Assembly (NCBI GenBank): GCA_950097015.1
Contig: CATNEN010000001.1
Location: 15,066,001-15,130,000, forward strand
Direction: 5' to 3'
Source: Macrostomum hystrix
Taxonomy: Eukaryota; Animalia; Platyhelminthes
DNA: 64,000 bases
A program made the position numbers and the translations under genes. This document shows, one piece after another, positions 43,701 through 56,300 of this stretch (position 1 is the stretch's first letter; each line of letters begins with the position of its first letter). Below the pieces are notes generated by a model. It was not told where the DNA came from, made no database searches, and saw only the letters and a program-made list of their open reading frames with translations.

Positions 43701-45040
43701 TCTTCCCCTCCCCAGTCTTCTCTTCCCCTCCCCCCGTCTTCATTTCCCCTCCCCCGTTCTCTTCCCCTCCAGTCTTCTCTTCCCCTCCCCAGTCTTCTCT
43801 TTCCTCCCCAGTCTTCTCTTCCCCTCCCTAGTCTTCTCTTCCCCTCCCCGTCTTCTCTCTCCCTCCCTGTCCTCTCTTCCCCTTCCCCAGTCTTCTCTTC
43901 CGCTCCCTGTCCTCTCTTCCCCTTCCCCAGTCTTCTCTTCCGCTCCCTGTCCTCTCTTCCCCTTCCCTAGTCTTCTCTTCCCCTCCCCAGTCTTCTCTTC
44001 CCCTCCCCAGTCTTCTCTTCCGCTCCCTGTCCTCTCTTCCCCTTCCCTAGTCTTCTCTTCCCCTCCCCAGTCTTCTCTTCCCCTCCCCCGTTCTCTTCCC
44101 CTCCAGTCTTCTCTTCCCCTCCCCAGTCTTCTCTTCCCCTCCCCCCGTCTTCATTTCCCCTCCCCCGTTCTCTTCCCCTCCAGTCTTCTCTTCCCCTCCC
44201 CAGTCTTCTCTTTCCTCCCCAGTCTTCTCTTCCCCTCCCTAGTCTTCTCTTCCCCTCCCCGTCTTCTCTCTCCCTCCCTGTCCTCTCTTCCCCTTCCCCA
44301 GTCTTCTCTTCCGCTCCCTGTCCTCTCTTCCCCTTCCCCAGTCTTCTCTTCCGCTCCCTGTCCTCTCTTCCCCTTCCCTAGTCTTCTCTTCCCCTCCCTA
44401 GTCTTCTCTTCCCCTCCCCAGTCTTCTCTTCCCCTCCCTAGTCTTCTCTTCCCCTCCCCAGTCTTCTCTTCCCCTCCCCCCGTCTTCATTTCCCCTCCCC
44501 CCGTTCTCTTCCCCTCCAGTCTTCTCTTCCCCTCCCCAGTCTTCTCTTCCCCTCCCTAGTCTTCTCTTCCCCTCCCCAGTCTTCTCTTCCCCTCCCCCCG
44601 TCTTCATTTCCCCTCCCCCCGTTCTCTTCCCCTCCAGTCTTCTCTTCCCCTCCCCAGTCTTCTCTTCCCCTCCCTAGTCTTCTCATACCCTCCTCTCTCG
44701 CTCTCCCCAACCTCACCTTCTTCTGTAGTTTTTTTCCGTGCTCTTTGGGAGTCATTCAGAAAGTTAGTAAAAAAAGGCAAAAAATAATAGTCAACAGTGT
44801 TGCTAGTCACTCACCGTCCGCATCCACCAGGCTCAACAGTCGTTTAATTTCATGCTCGCTAACATTCTGCCCCATGGCTGTCATAACAATGGCCAATTCG
44901 TCCGTGTCAATAGTGCCGCTATTATCGTGATCGTACATGCAGAATGCCTCGTAATATTCTCTGAGCTGTTCTGTGCTCAATTCGCTCAACGGATCTCCTC
45001 TATCTGGATTTTGGTGTCCATTTCTGCTTCTAGAAGCCAT
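40644..45040 (-). CDS. Calmodulin-like 4-EF-hand protein, 3 exons, 167 aa
   Basis: complement(join(40644-40779,41288-41429,44815-45040)); phases 1 and 2 close exactly (226+142+136=504 nt). EF loops DHDNSGTIDTDE, DADGSGELDFPE, DTQNRGYITAAE (degenerate), DLDGDGLIDYDE. Confidence 0.93.
40950..41190. repeat. 42-bp minisatellite, calmodulin-like intron 2
   Basis: Unit TGTACACTCGCTCCCAACCAACCCCATTCTCTCTATCCCCAA. Confidence 0.93.
41288..41429 (-). CDS. Calmodulin-like exon 2 (not in ORF track)
   Basis: Acceptor GTTCAG|GT AGC GGC GAG CTG GAC TTT CCG GAG TTT; donor AA|GTGAGG. Confidence 0.92.
42190..42730. repeat. 22/23-bp minisatellite, calmodulin-like intron 1
   Basis: Unit GTTGATTGACATGTGGGTTGAAG, variant ...TTACAT. 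Confidence 0.95.
43405..44700. repeat. ~20-bp polypyrimidine/polypurine minisatellite, calmodulin-like intron 1
   Basis: Unit CAGTCTTCTCTTCCCCTCCC, with a ~411-bp higher-order duplication (e.g. 43681 vs 44092). Confidence 0.95.
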
Positions 45041-45394
45041 GAATCTAGATCGTTTTGAAACAGATTATTCGACACTTTCTTCTAGAAGTAGATCCTTTTT
45101 CAATGTCTATTATATAAACCCTAAAAGGGTTAGTCTATTTACTTAAAAGTTTACCCCCTATGAAGAATGGGCATCCAAATTTTCACAGTTTAATGTTTTC
45201 TTTTCATTTTCTTATCTGTCAATGCTGAGATTTGCCGCTTTGTTTAATTAGTAACTGGACTTGCGTGTTCTTTGTGTTAGCTGCTTTTTTGACACTGATC
45301 CGAGTGTGGCGGGCGAATGTTCAATATATACTGGATTACTGATTGAAAATAACTGTAACTCGCCGCTTTCAACAAATCTCACCCTCTCTTAGTG

Positions 45395-46125
45395 TTTATC
45401 TCATCCTGTCTTAATGTTTATCTCACCCTGTCATTAGGTTTATCTCACCCTGTCATTAGGTTTATCTCACCCTGTCATTAGGTTTATCTCACCCTGTCAT
45501 TAGGTTTATCTCACCCTGTCCTTAGGTTTATCTCACCCTGTCCTTAGGTTTATCTCACCCTGTCCTTAGGTTTGTCTCACCCTGTCCTTAGGTTTGTCTC
45601 ACCCTTGTCCTTAGGTTTATCTCACCCTGTCATTAGGTTTATCTCCGCCTGTCATTAGCTTTATCTCCGCCTGTCATTAGGTTTATCTCGCCCTGTCCTT
45701 AGGTTTGTCTCACCCTGTCATTAGGTTTATCTCATTCTGTCATTAGGTTTATCTCACCCTGTCATTAGGTTTATCTCACCCTGTCATTAGGTTTTTCTCA
45801 CCCTGTCATTAGGTTTATCTTATTCTGTCATTAGGTTTATCTCACCCTGTCATTAGGTTTATCTCATTCTGTCATTAGGTTTATCTCACCCTGTCATTAG
45901 GTTTATCTCATTCTGTCATTAGGTTTATCTCACCCTGTCATTAGGTTTATCTCACCCTGTCATTAGGTTTTTCTCACCCTGTCATTAGGTTTATCTTATT
46001 CTGTCATTAGGTTTATCTCACCCTGTCATTAGGTTTATCTCATTCTGTCATTAGGTTTATCTCACCCTGTCATTAGGTTTATCTCATTCTGTCATTACGT
46101 CTATCTCATCTCAATCTCACCCTAT
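45395..46125. repeat. 22-bp minisatellite
   Basis: Unit GGTTTATCTCACCCTGTCATTA. Confidence 0.96.
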
Positions 46126-46653
46126 CTTTAAATATTATCCGTTCTAGTCTTACTATATTTGATACTGTACCTATTGTGGCTAGTAATATTAATAATATTT
46201 TCTTACAATTCCCATTTCAGATGCTTGCGAGGAAAAATACACGCGAGACAAAGAGGATATCTCTTCTATGGACTTGCTCATTTCTTGTTGTTTTTTTTAA
46301 AGAATTTTTTTCCTATAGTTTTTTTATATCAGCTAAGATCAGCTAAGAATGGTTGCTTATTGAGTGCTTCACTATCTGTGACTAAGAAATTGATATATAT
46401 ACTCGTGTATATATATATACAAAAGAAATTCAGAATAGAACAGCTGTGCCTTCTGTCTCTCTGAGCAGTAATTGAGCAGCTGTTCATTCAGTCTAATAAT
46501 GCTAGCAGAGTAGAGAATAGTGAGGAGGTATGTGAAACGTTTTCACATAACGGTGTAGGAGTCTCATTATTATTTTAATTTTTTAAGCTGTAAGTTTATA
46601 ACGGGTTCTGTGATACTGCTCTGACTAAAATGCTTCTATACAAGCTCACATCT

Positions 46654-46960
46654 GGTTTCAGTCTATTGGTATAGAATCTGACTCAGAACTTAAAGGTCGG
46701 GGGTTCGATTCTAGTCTCTGTGTGCTTACGTTGCTCCGTTCGGGTGCAGCACAGAAAATAGCCGACTGAATGTTTGCCTTGAATAAGGCATGTAATAAAG
46801 GCCAATGAAAGATTGGTGAGTTTGAGTAGGGAAGTGAATAAAGGATACTTGAAGACAGAAGGTAATTCCCCCCCCCAGATATGTTTGTCCGTGTCAACTG
46901 AATGTGTGCTAAGGCCAGTCAAGCGAGGTCAATGGCAGAATACGAGCCAGCTAATCATTT
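46654..46960 (+). mobile_element. Degenerate tRNA-headed SINE-like element
   Basis: B-box GGTTCGATTC (46702-46711). GCCTTGAATAAGGCAT motif. The 3' part TGTGTGCTAAGGCCAGTC..GGCAGAAT resembles family B. Confidence 0.5.
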
Positions 46961-47154
46961 ATGACTGATATTGAATTCACTTGTCTCCATGTATAATATT
47001 TCTAATTTCCTTTCTTTTATTGAGGAACCATATTTGATTAAACTATTGTTAAACTGGGTTCGCGCTTTGGCGGAAACACTTGTTGGACATTGTGTACCGG
47101 AGTGGGATAGTTAAACAGACAGTGACATAGGCTAGGACCTTTTATAGGGGGATA

Positions 47155-47855
47155 TATATTTGGATAATTTGAGACTCACAGAGATAGATTGGGATAATTT
47201 GAGACTCATAGAGATAGATTGGGATAATTTGAGAGTCATAGAGATAGATTGGGATAATTTGAGAGTCATAGAGATAGATTGGGATAATTTGAGACTCATA
47301 GAGATAGATTGGGATAATTTGAGAGTCATAGAGATAGATTGGGATAATTTGAGACTCAAAGAGATAGATTGGGATAATTTGAGACTCATAATGAGATTGG
47401 GATAATTTGAGACTCATAGAGATAGATTGGGATAATTTGAGACTCGTAGTGATAGATTGGGATAATTTGAGCCTCATAGTGATAGATTGGGATAATTTGA
47501 GAGTCATAGTGATAGATTGGGATAATTTGAGAGTCATAGCGATAGATTGGGATAATTTGAGAGTCATAGAGATAGATTGGGATAATTTGAGAGTCATAGT
47601 GATAGATTGGGATAATTTGAGCCTCATAGAGATAGATTGGGGATAATTTGACAGCCATAGAGATAGATTGGGATAATTTGAGACTCATAGAGATAGATTG
47701 GGATAATTTGAGAGCCATAGAGATAGATTGGGATAATTTGAGCCTCATAGTAATAGATTGGGGATAATTTGAGAGCATAAGAGATAGATTGGGATAATTG
47801 ACTCAGAGATAGACTGGGATAATTTGAGAGCCATAGAGCTAGACTGGGATAATTT
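47155..47855. repeat. 30-bp minisatellite
   Basis: Unit GGGATAATTTGAGACTCATAGAGATAGATT. Confidence 0.96.
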
Positions 47856-48934
47856 AGGTTAAATAAATGTAGATATAGAAATTCGCAAAGGTTTGTTAAG
47901 AATAGTTTCGTTTTTAGCCAAAAATCCAATTAAGTTTTTCAATTAGTATAGGTGCTCAGCGATGAACTCAAACAAACAAATCCCATTCGGGATCTTATTC
48001 CCCAATCGGGTCATATTTCAGCATTTTCCACTTGAGAGCTCAGCTGTGCTCAGATCAGATCAGATCGGCTTAGCAACTATTGGACAAGATAATATCTCCT
48101 TGTCCCTGCCTTGTGTCATCTGCTTAAAACTCACCCGGCTTAGGAGTGGGAATTGAGATTTGGGATCTGTTAGCGGCTTGACGACACGCCGTCTGTTTGG
48201 TTTTCCATCGTCGGGCATAAGTGGTTGGCGGGCGGTGGTTTTATTCGGGGGAGACACTCAGGGAAATTCCGGCCAGTAATCCCTATACTCTGTTCCTCAA
48301 TCATCGCCGGTGATTTGGTGAATTCCCGCAGGATGGGATTAATCAATGACTGTGTTTTTGCCCCAATTTTCCCTCTCTTTTCCGTGTTCAATCATCACGC
48401 ATCTGAGAGCTGATTAAATTGGCAGTGTGTGTCTGGGGATGTTTTAGGGATTATTTAAGGAAGTCTTTCTTTCCCTAGTCTTTTTTGTTTTTTTCTGCTT
48501 TGATTTTTTGGCTACAGAGGGCGCTACTTTATCGGTTTTTTTTAAAAAGTCACTTTTAACTGTTCCCAATCGACACCCAGTCTAGGATTAGGGATTTTTC
48601 GTGAGGATTAACTGTCGACTCCCAACCCCCGGGGCGCTTCGGCGTTTGATGCGGCCTTTCGATTTATTTAATAGGGACAACGAGGTTTGACTAACATTTT
48701 TCCCAGTCTTATCTCCATTTTAAGACTCTTAAGCTGTTGAGGGGGATTATTTACTGTCTTTTTCTAACTGCTCAAATCTCGTTGCTTTCATTTCTTTGCT
48801 GAAATGCCGCCTCGCTTTTCCAGCTCGTTATTTTCTATGACTTTATTTGATTTTAATTTATAATCCTTTGCAGCAGATTTTCGATCTTATTGTACAATAT
48901 TGATTGGGTTTTGTCTTTTTTTAACGCAGTAAAA

Positions 48935-49095
48935 TAGCTTGTAGCCAACTGGTTAGAGATTGGGACTTCCAACCAGAACGTCCGGAGTTCGAATTTCAAC
49001 TTTGAGTAAGACACTTGTTACCAAGTATTAGTAAGGCCAGAAATTGTAGTGAGTTTAGTGGCTCCCAAGTCCATGGACTGAACAGCTTAGACATC
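48935..49095 (+). mobile_element. tRNA-derived SINE (family A) with recognisable head
   Basis: A-box-like TAGCCAACTGGTTAGAG, loop CTTCCAA, B-box GAGTTCGAATT, then TTGAGTAAGACACTT and 3' AGTCCATGGACTGAACAGCT. The acceptor stem does not close, so it is not an intact tRNA. Confidence 0.65.
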
Positions 49096-49129
49096 AGATC
49101 CTGATTTAGATTTTAGATCCAATAAAACA

Positions 49130-50265
49130 TTTTAAGATCCCATTCTAGATTTCAAATCCCATTCAAGATTTGAAGATCCCATTCTATATTTGAAGATCCC
49201 ATTCTAGATGTCAGATCCCATTCTAGATGTCAGATCCCATTCTAGATGTCAGATCCCATTCTAGATGTCAGATCCCATTCTAGATGTCAGATCCCATTCT
49301 AGATGTCAGATCCCATTCTAGATTATAAGATCCCGTTCTAGATTTTAAGATCCCGTTCTAGATATCAGATCCCATTCTAGATGTCAGATCCCATTCTAGA
49401 TGTCAGATCCCCTTCTAGATTTTAATATCCCATTCTAGATGTCAGATCCCATTCTAGATGTCAGATCCCCTTCTAGATTTTAATATCCCATTCTAGATGT
49501 CAGATCCCCTTCTAGATTTTAATATCACATTCTAGATGTCAGATCCCATTCTAGATGTCAGATCCCCTTCTAGATTTTAATATCTCATTCTAGATGTCAG
49601 ATCCCATTCTATATGTCAGATCCCCTTCTAGATTTTAATATCCCATTCTAGATGTCAGATCCCATTCTAGATGTCAGATCCCATTCTAGATGTCAGATCC
49701 CATTCTAGATGTCAGATCCCATTCTAGATTATAAGATCCCGTTCTAGATTTTAAGATCCCGTTCTAGATATCAGATCCCATTCTAGATGTCAGATCCCAT
49801 TCTAGATGTCAGATCCCATTCTAGATGTCAGATCCCCTTCTAGATTTTAATATCCCATTCTAGATGTCAGATCCCATTCTAGATGTCAGATCCCATTCTA
49901 GATGTCAGATCCCCTTCTAGATTTTAATATCCCATTCTAGATGTCAGATCCCATTCTAGATGTCAGATCCCCTTCTAGATTTTAATATCCCATTCTAGAT
50001 GTCAGATCCCATTCTAGATGTCAGATCCCATTCTAGATTATAAGATCCCGTTCTAGATTTTAAGATCCCGTTCTAGATATCAGATCCCATTCTAGATGCC
50101 AGATCCCATTCTAGATTTGAAGATCCCATTCTAGATTTGAAGATCCCATTCTAGATGCCAGATCCCATTCTAGATTTGAAGATCCCATTCTAGATTTGAA
50201 GATCCCATTATGATTTCAAGATCCTATTTTGATTTCAGATTCCATTCTAGATTTTAAGATCCCAG
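49130..50265. repeat. 19/20-bp minisatellite
   Basis: Unit GATCCCATTCTAGATGTCA, variant GATCCCATTCTAGATTTGAA. Confidence 0.96.
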
Positions 50266-51131
50266 AGTAGATTAGATCCCAGCTCTCGTAATTGTCAGTT
50301 TTCATAGCATCGCGCAGCAATCACGTGTAAGCATTCAGCAGAGACTTGCTTTGAGTAGTCCTAATTTTGTTAGTTTCGGTTAATATATAATAAAAAGCAT
50401 TGGAGTATATATTCGCATTGGTATGCTGCAAGCGAGACCTCAGTTTAAGTGCAGACCTGATTATGCCACTCAGGTCTGCTGCTCAAGTTGAGCTTATGGC
50501 CTCCTTCCACACTTCCTCCTTGGCGTGACTCTGAAATGAAATCCTCAGTTTGATAGACGGCGGCTTCCATTCTCTGTTCCGCAAGAGGTGCCAAGAAATT
50601 CTCTCTCTCAGTTTTGGGGATTTCGGGGATAAATTCGAAATCGGGGTTTGAAGTGACTCAGTGGGAGAAAGAAGTTTTATTTTTTTCGGCGTATGGCGCA
50701 GCCTTCGCTAATCCGAAATCGCGAAGAATCCCATCGAACAGGACTCTTGAGTAGCACTCGACGGTTTGACTCATCCATTTTCCTTAATTTCGGCAATAAT
50801 TTTTTCAAGTAGTCTTCAAAGTTTGATTTTGCCAGTTTTTTTCTGGGCAAAGTTTTTTGTACTTTTGTTCCAAGCTATGGAATCATCACCATTCATAATT
50901 TCTATACTGTAAAATTACATCAAATTCCGCTTCACTGAATTCTTGGATTTGATCAGCTCACACATAGTTGCTTGATAATGATGCAATAGTCGCCAAGTCC
51001 TGAGGGTAGGTAGGATCAGGGATCTTACTGATACGAAAATTGTGTTTTTTATTTCTTCCCGACATTGCCGAGCGTGGAATTTCATCCGCTGAGGTTTACA
51101 AGCTAAGAAAGTACTTTTAGCTTTAGATTTT

Positions 51132-52700
51132 GATTAGGATCTGAAGGCTAGATTAGGATCTGAAGGCTAGATTAGGATCTGAAGGCTAGATTAGGATCTG
51201 AAGGCTAGATTAGGATCTGAAGGCTAGATTAGGATCTGAAGGCTAGATTAGGATCTGAAGGCTAGATTAGGATCTGAAGGCTAGATAAGGATCTGAAGGC
51301 TAGATTAGGATCTGAAGGCTAGATAAGGATCTGAAGGCTAGATTAGGATCTGAAGGCTAGATAAGGATCTGAAGGCTAGATAAGGATCTGAAGGCTAGAT
51401 AAGGATCTGAAGGCTAGATTAGGATCTGAAAGCTAGATTAGGATCTAAAGGCTAGATTAGGATCTGAAGGCTAGATTAGGATCTGAAAGCTAGATTAGGA
51501 TCTGAAGGCTAGATTAGGATCTGAAAGCTAGATTAGGATCTGAAAGCTAGATTAGGATCTGAAGGCTAGATTAGGATCTGAAGGCTAGATTAGGATCTGA
51601 AAGCTAGATTAGGATCTGAAGGCTAGATTAGGATCTGAAGGCTAGATTAGGATCTGAAGGCTAGATTAGGATCTGAAAGCTAGATAAGGATCTGAAGGCT
51701 AGATTAGGATCTGAAGGCTAGATTAGGATCTGAAAGCTAGATTAGGATCTGAAGGCTAGATTAGGATCTGAAAGCTAGATTAGGATATGAAGGCTAGATT
51801 AGGATCTGAAGGCTAGATTAGGATCTGAAAGCTAGATTAGGATCTGAAGGCTAGATTAGGATCTGAAGGCTAGATTAGGATCTGAAGGCTAGATTAGGAT
51901 CTGAAAGCTAGATTAGGATCTGAAGGCTAGATTAGGATCTGAAGGCTAGATAAGGATCTGAAGGCTAGATTAGGATCTGAAAGCTAGATTAGGATCTGAA
52001 AGCTAGATTAGGATCTGAAGGCTAGATAAGGATCTGAAAGCTAGATTAGGATCTGAAGGCTAGATTAGGATCTGAAGGCTAGATTAGGATCTGAAGGCTA
52101 GATAAGGATCTGAAGGCTAAATTAGGATCTGAAAGCTAGATTAGGATCTGAAAGCTAGATTAGGATCTGAAGGCTAGATAAGGATCTGAAGGCTAGATTA
52201 GGATCTGAAAGCTAGATTAGGATCTGAAGGCTAGATAAGGATCTGAAGGCTAGATTAGGATCTGAAGGCTAGATAAGGATCTGAAGGCTAGATTAGGATC
52301 TGAAAGCTAGATTAGGATCTGAAGGCTAGATAAGGATCTGAAGGCTAGATTAGGATCTGAAAGCTAGATTAGGATCTGAAGGCTAGATTAGGATCTGAAG
52401 GCTAGATAAGGATCTGAAGGCTAGATTAGGATCTGAAGGCTAGATAAGGATCTGAAGGCTAGATTAGGATCTGAAAGCTAGATTAGGATCTGAAGGCTAG
52501 ATTAGGATCTGAAGGCTAGATTAGGATCTGAAAGCTAGATTAGGATCTGAAGGCTAGATTAGGATCTGAAAGCTAGATTAGGATCTGAAAGCTAGATTAG
52601 GATCTGAAGGCTAGATAAGGATCTGAAGGCTAGATTAGGATCTGAAGGCTAGATTAGGATCTGAAGGCTAGATTAGGATCTGAAGGATAAGTTGGGACCT
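51132..52700. repeat. 19-bp minisatellite (~80 copies)
   Basis: Unit GATTAGGATCTGAAGGCTA. Confidence 0.97.
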
Positions 52701-53260
52701 GAAGTTCAGACTGAGAGATACATTTGGTCATACGGTATTTATCCTGCATCTAGCTGCTGAGTCACAAACAGCTAATTCCACTGGTATTCTCGCAATGACT
52801 GCATCTAGCAGAGGATTGCATGCCAAAAATCCTAGATAACCATTAGTTCAGGGTGTGGCATTCTGCACGCCCAGTCTTGTTAACCCTTTGGTGGAAAAAG
52901 GAAAAATTTCTTATGATTTATAAAACAAGCAACAAGTATTTGTCAGTTTGTGTAATTTTGTGTACAGACAACAATTATTTTACTGGCCATATATATTAGT
53001 GACTGCTCAAGTGATAGAACTTTAGTATTTAAAGATTTCATTAGCAATATAATGTTCTACTGCTAGCTGTGCTTATAATTTTACTAAATTCGGGCGCTAT
53101 TAAATTTTGAGCGTTTGGTTAAGAAAGAGAGTTCTAGCTTTTAACTCGGAAATAAAAAGCGATTGTAGCATAAATGATTCATGAGGAATGCTCATGTTGC
53201 ATTGGCGAGCGCCAGCTGTTTGTCTTTGGTTGCATTGCTTCCAAAGATTAGCTAGACCAA

Positions 53261-53366
53261 TTAGACAAAACTGGAGGTCATGTAGGGCGTTCGACACACC
53301 ACGGCCTCTGCCGGCTTTGCCAAACCGTTGGCGGCTGGAGTTTCAGCTAGCATAGCGTATCCCGGA

Positions 53367-53398
<32 letters not shown>

Positions 53399-56300
53399 AG
53401 AGTGGTAGAGCTGATGGTCAGCGTATCGATTCTCCTCCACTCGGCCAATCAGGTTGCTGTATTCCTTGCCTCCGCTGTGCATGCCATCCGATGTCCTCCG
53501 CTTCGACTGCGTCGCTGACACCGTAGCTGCTGATGCCGACGTTGCAGCCGCTGCCGCAGTCTGTTGAAATGCGCTCGCCTTTCTTGGTAGCCTGTCCGAG
53601 CCCCTGCCGTAGGTCTCATAGTAGGCTCTCTGCTGCTGCTGCTGGCATGGTGTGTAGCCGCTCAAAGTAGCTCCGGCGCGCTGCTTGTCAATGGAGGCCA
53701 AATAGCCGATGCTGGGATATTTGTTGCGGACAATGGAACCAACAGCGGTGGCGCTGCCGGCTGCAGCCGCCACGTTGCTGCCCGCGGAGTCGGCGAAACG
53801 AAAAAAACCGACCCCGGTTTCGGTCATTGCTTCGCTTGGTTGCTCTTCAACCTTTGTTGGAATTGTTTGATATTTAATTAATATTTAATATTCATATTAA
53901 GATTTTTCGAGACAAATTTACGAGTCGTGACAACTTGCATATGAGCCTTTCTACTCACAGTTTCTCCGTTCGCTTTGTCGTACCAAACTCCCGGATGTCT
54001 TGTTCGAGTTCTTGCTTCCCGCCGACCTGAAAGTGTCGATATTTTCGAATTGAAAAAGTTTTTCGTAACAAAAGCGAATTTTTGTTTTAGTATACTTTCT
54101 ACTCACCTCTGGCGTGAACGTAGAGCAGAATAACTAGCAGGGCTACAAAGACTACAAAGACTACGGCTGCTAGGCACAGCAGAATGAGCAGATTCTGATC
54201 TGAGGCTTCAGCGGCACCTCTCTGCACCCTGCCGCCGCCACCGCCGATGCCGGCTCCGTTGCCAGCAGTGGGCGGTCGGTTCACTCTTTGTGTCTGCTCC
54301 AACTGGTTAGAGCTGACGTGTACAAAAGTTGTGTACTGCGCGCTGTACAGATGCGGAGTGCCATTGTCGCGAACGCGAACGTTCAATCGGTAGGTTCGCG
54401 CTCTGGCGTCGACTTCGGATCTGCTGTCCTTCAGACTGCCGCTCAGTGTCACAATTCCGTGCTTGCCGTCAATTGTGAATCGATTGTCTGTAGCCTCTAA
54501 TAGATAGGTGAGCGTACCGTTCTCACCTGCGTCCTTATCCGTGCCGCCAACCTGAAGTACCGGCGTGCCAGCTGGACTGGAGTCGGACAGGTTGTAAACC
54601 TTCTGCAATCCTTGTACGCTGGGCGCATTGTCATTGACATCGTTCAACGCGATGATGACTCTGGCGGAGCCTCTGTGCTCGGTTGGGCCGCGATTCCTTG
54701 CGAAGATCTCCAGGTTAATGATTTCCTGCTTCTCGCGATCGAAATTGCCCTCGCCGTACAAGTGGCTGCGATTGAAATAAAAGTACATTCCTTTGATGTC
54801 GGACGCCAATAGGCCAGCATGCCTGTTAACTTCGTACAAGATCATCTGGTTAGCGCCAATGTCCTCGTCTGTGGCTGCAACCTCGCCGATGTACCTTCTG
54901 GATATATTTCTTCCGTAGTCTTCCTCGATTGGAAACGTGTACTCGCGGAATTTAAATACTGGCACCGAGTCATCCTCGTCCTCGATGGTGACCTCCACAG
55001 TAGCCGTGGAAGTTTTCTGTTCTTTGACTCCGCTATCTGCCACAGTCAGGGTGAATCGATAGTGATCTTGCTGCTCTCTGTCGAATGTGACGGCTGAGTA
55101 AATCTCGGCTATGTTGTTTTCCCGGCTCCTGATGAGAAAGTAGCTGGACCCTTCGGTATCGAGGCTAAATCTGAGTCGCGCATTATCATCGCTATCATCG
55201 TCTTTGGCTGTCACCTTACCAACCAGCGTGTTTGGCTGCCTGTTCTCTGGAATTCTGAAGCTGTACAGCTTCCGATCAAACCTCGGCGCATTGTCATTCT
55301 CGTCGAGAATTTTTATCCGTACCTCTTTCCGGCCAAGCTGGGGAAAAATTCCCCTGTCTGAGCATATTACATCGACCCTGATCTCTCCACGAGACGTGGC
55401 CTCCCTATCAAATGAGGCTCCATGTACTTTTTTCAGCTTGTGAATTGTTTTGTACTGACCATCCTTAATGCTGTTAGTGAGCTGGAATTTCGCCTTGTTA
55501 GGCTCACCAATTAAGCAGTCGACAGTGCCGTTATTGCCATCATCCTCGTCTACCACTAAAATTCTTGCCAGCACCTTTTCACTTTCGTCATTTTCCACAA
55601 TTCTGTCGTCAATCATCTCCACAGTTATATTAGGCCTGTGGTCGTTGCAGTCGGTGACTCGCAATTCTACGAAGGTTTCGACGGCTTGCCCACCTCTGTC
55701 CTCGGCAACCAGCGGAATGAATAACACCTTTTTGGGTATTTTTTCATAATCAAGCGACTGGTTCTGCTTCAGTTCGTCTCCGCTAATGTAGAACGATTTG
55801 GCTACGTCTTTGCCAGCCGCTTTGCCTATGCTGTAGGTAATTCGCTCGTTTAAATCTTCGTCCGTGGCATTGAGTTTTAACAATGGTCGATGCAGCCTGT
55901 CGCACTCTGATATGGTTATTAGCTGCTTGGCTAATCGCCACGTAGGCTTATTGTCGTTGGCGTCAAGTACTTCGATCTGTATCTTAGCTGTGTCCTTTTC
56001 CAGTGGATATTGTTTGTCACTAGCTAGGAGTCGCAGCTCGTAACTGTCTTTCGTTTCTCTATCTAGCGCCCTGATTAGCTCCAGTTTCGGCATTGCCTTG
56101 CCACTGTGCTCCTCCATTTTCAGCTTAAAGTACATACCAGCGTCACCCAACGGTTCCAGTTGGTATTCGACGTTGTCGAACCTGCCAGAGTCGCTGTCCT
56201 CAGCTATTGGCAGTGAGTAGAAGCTTGGCGGATTATCGGACTCTGGGACGCTGATGTGAAATGTTTTATGCTTGACCTCGAACTTTGGTCGCTGATCGTT

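Noticed and set aside
48935-49005. tRNA gene (TCC loop, Gly-like)
   Set aside because: The acceptor and T stems do not pair and the sequence continues into a SINE body; 46654-46715 was rejected for the same reason.
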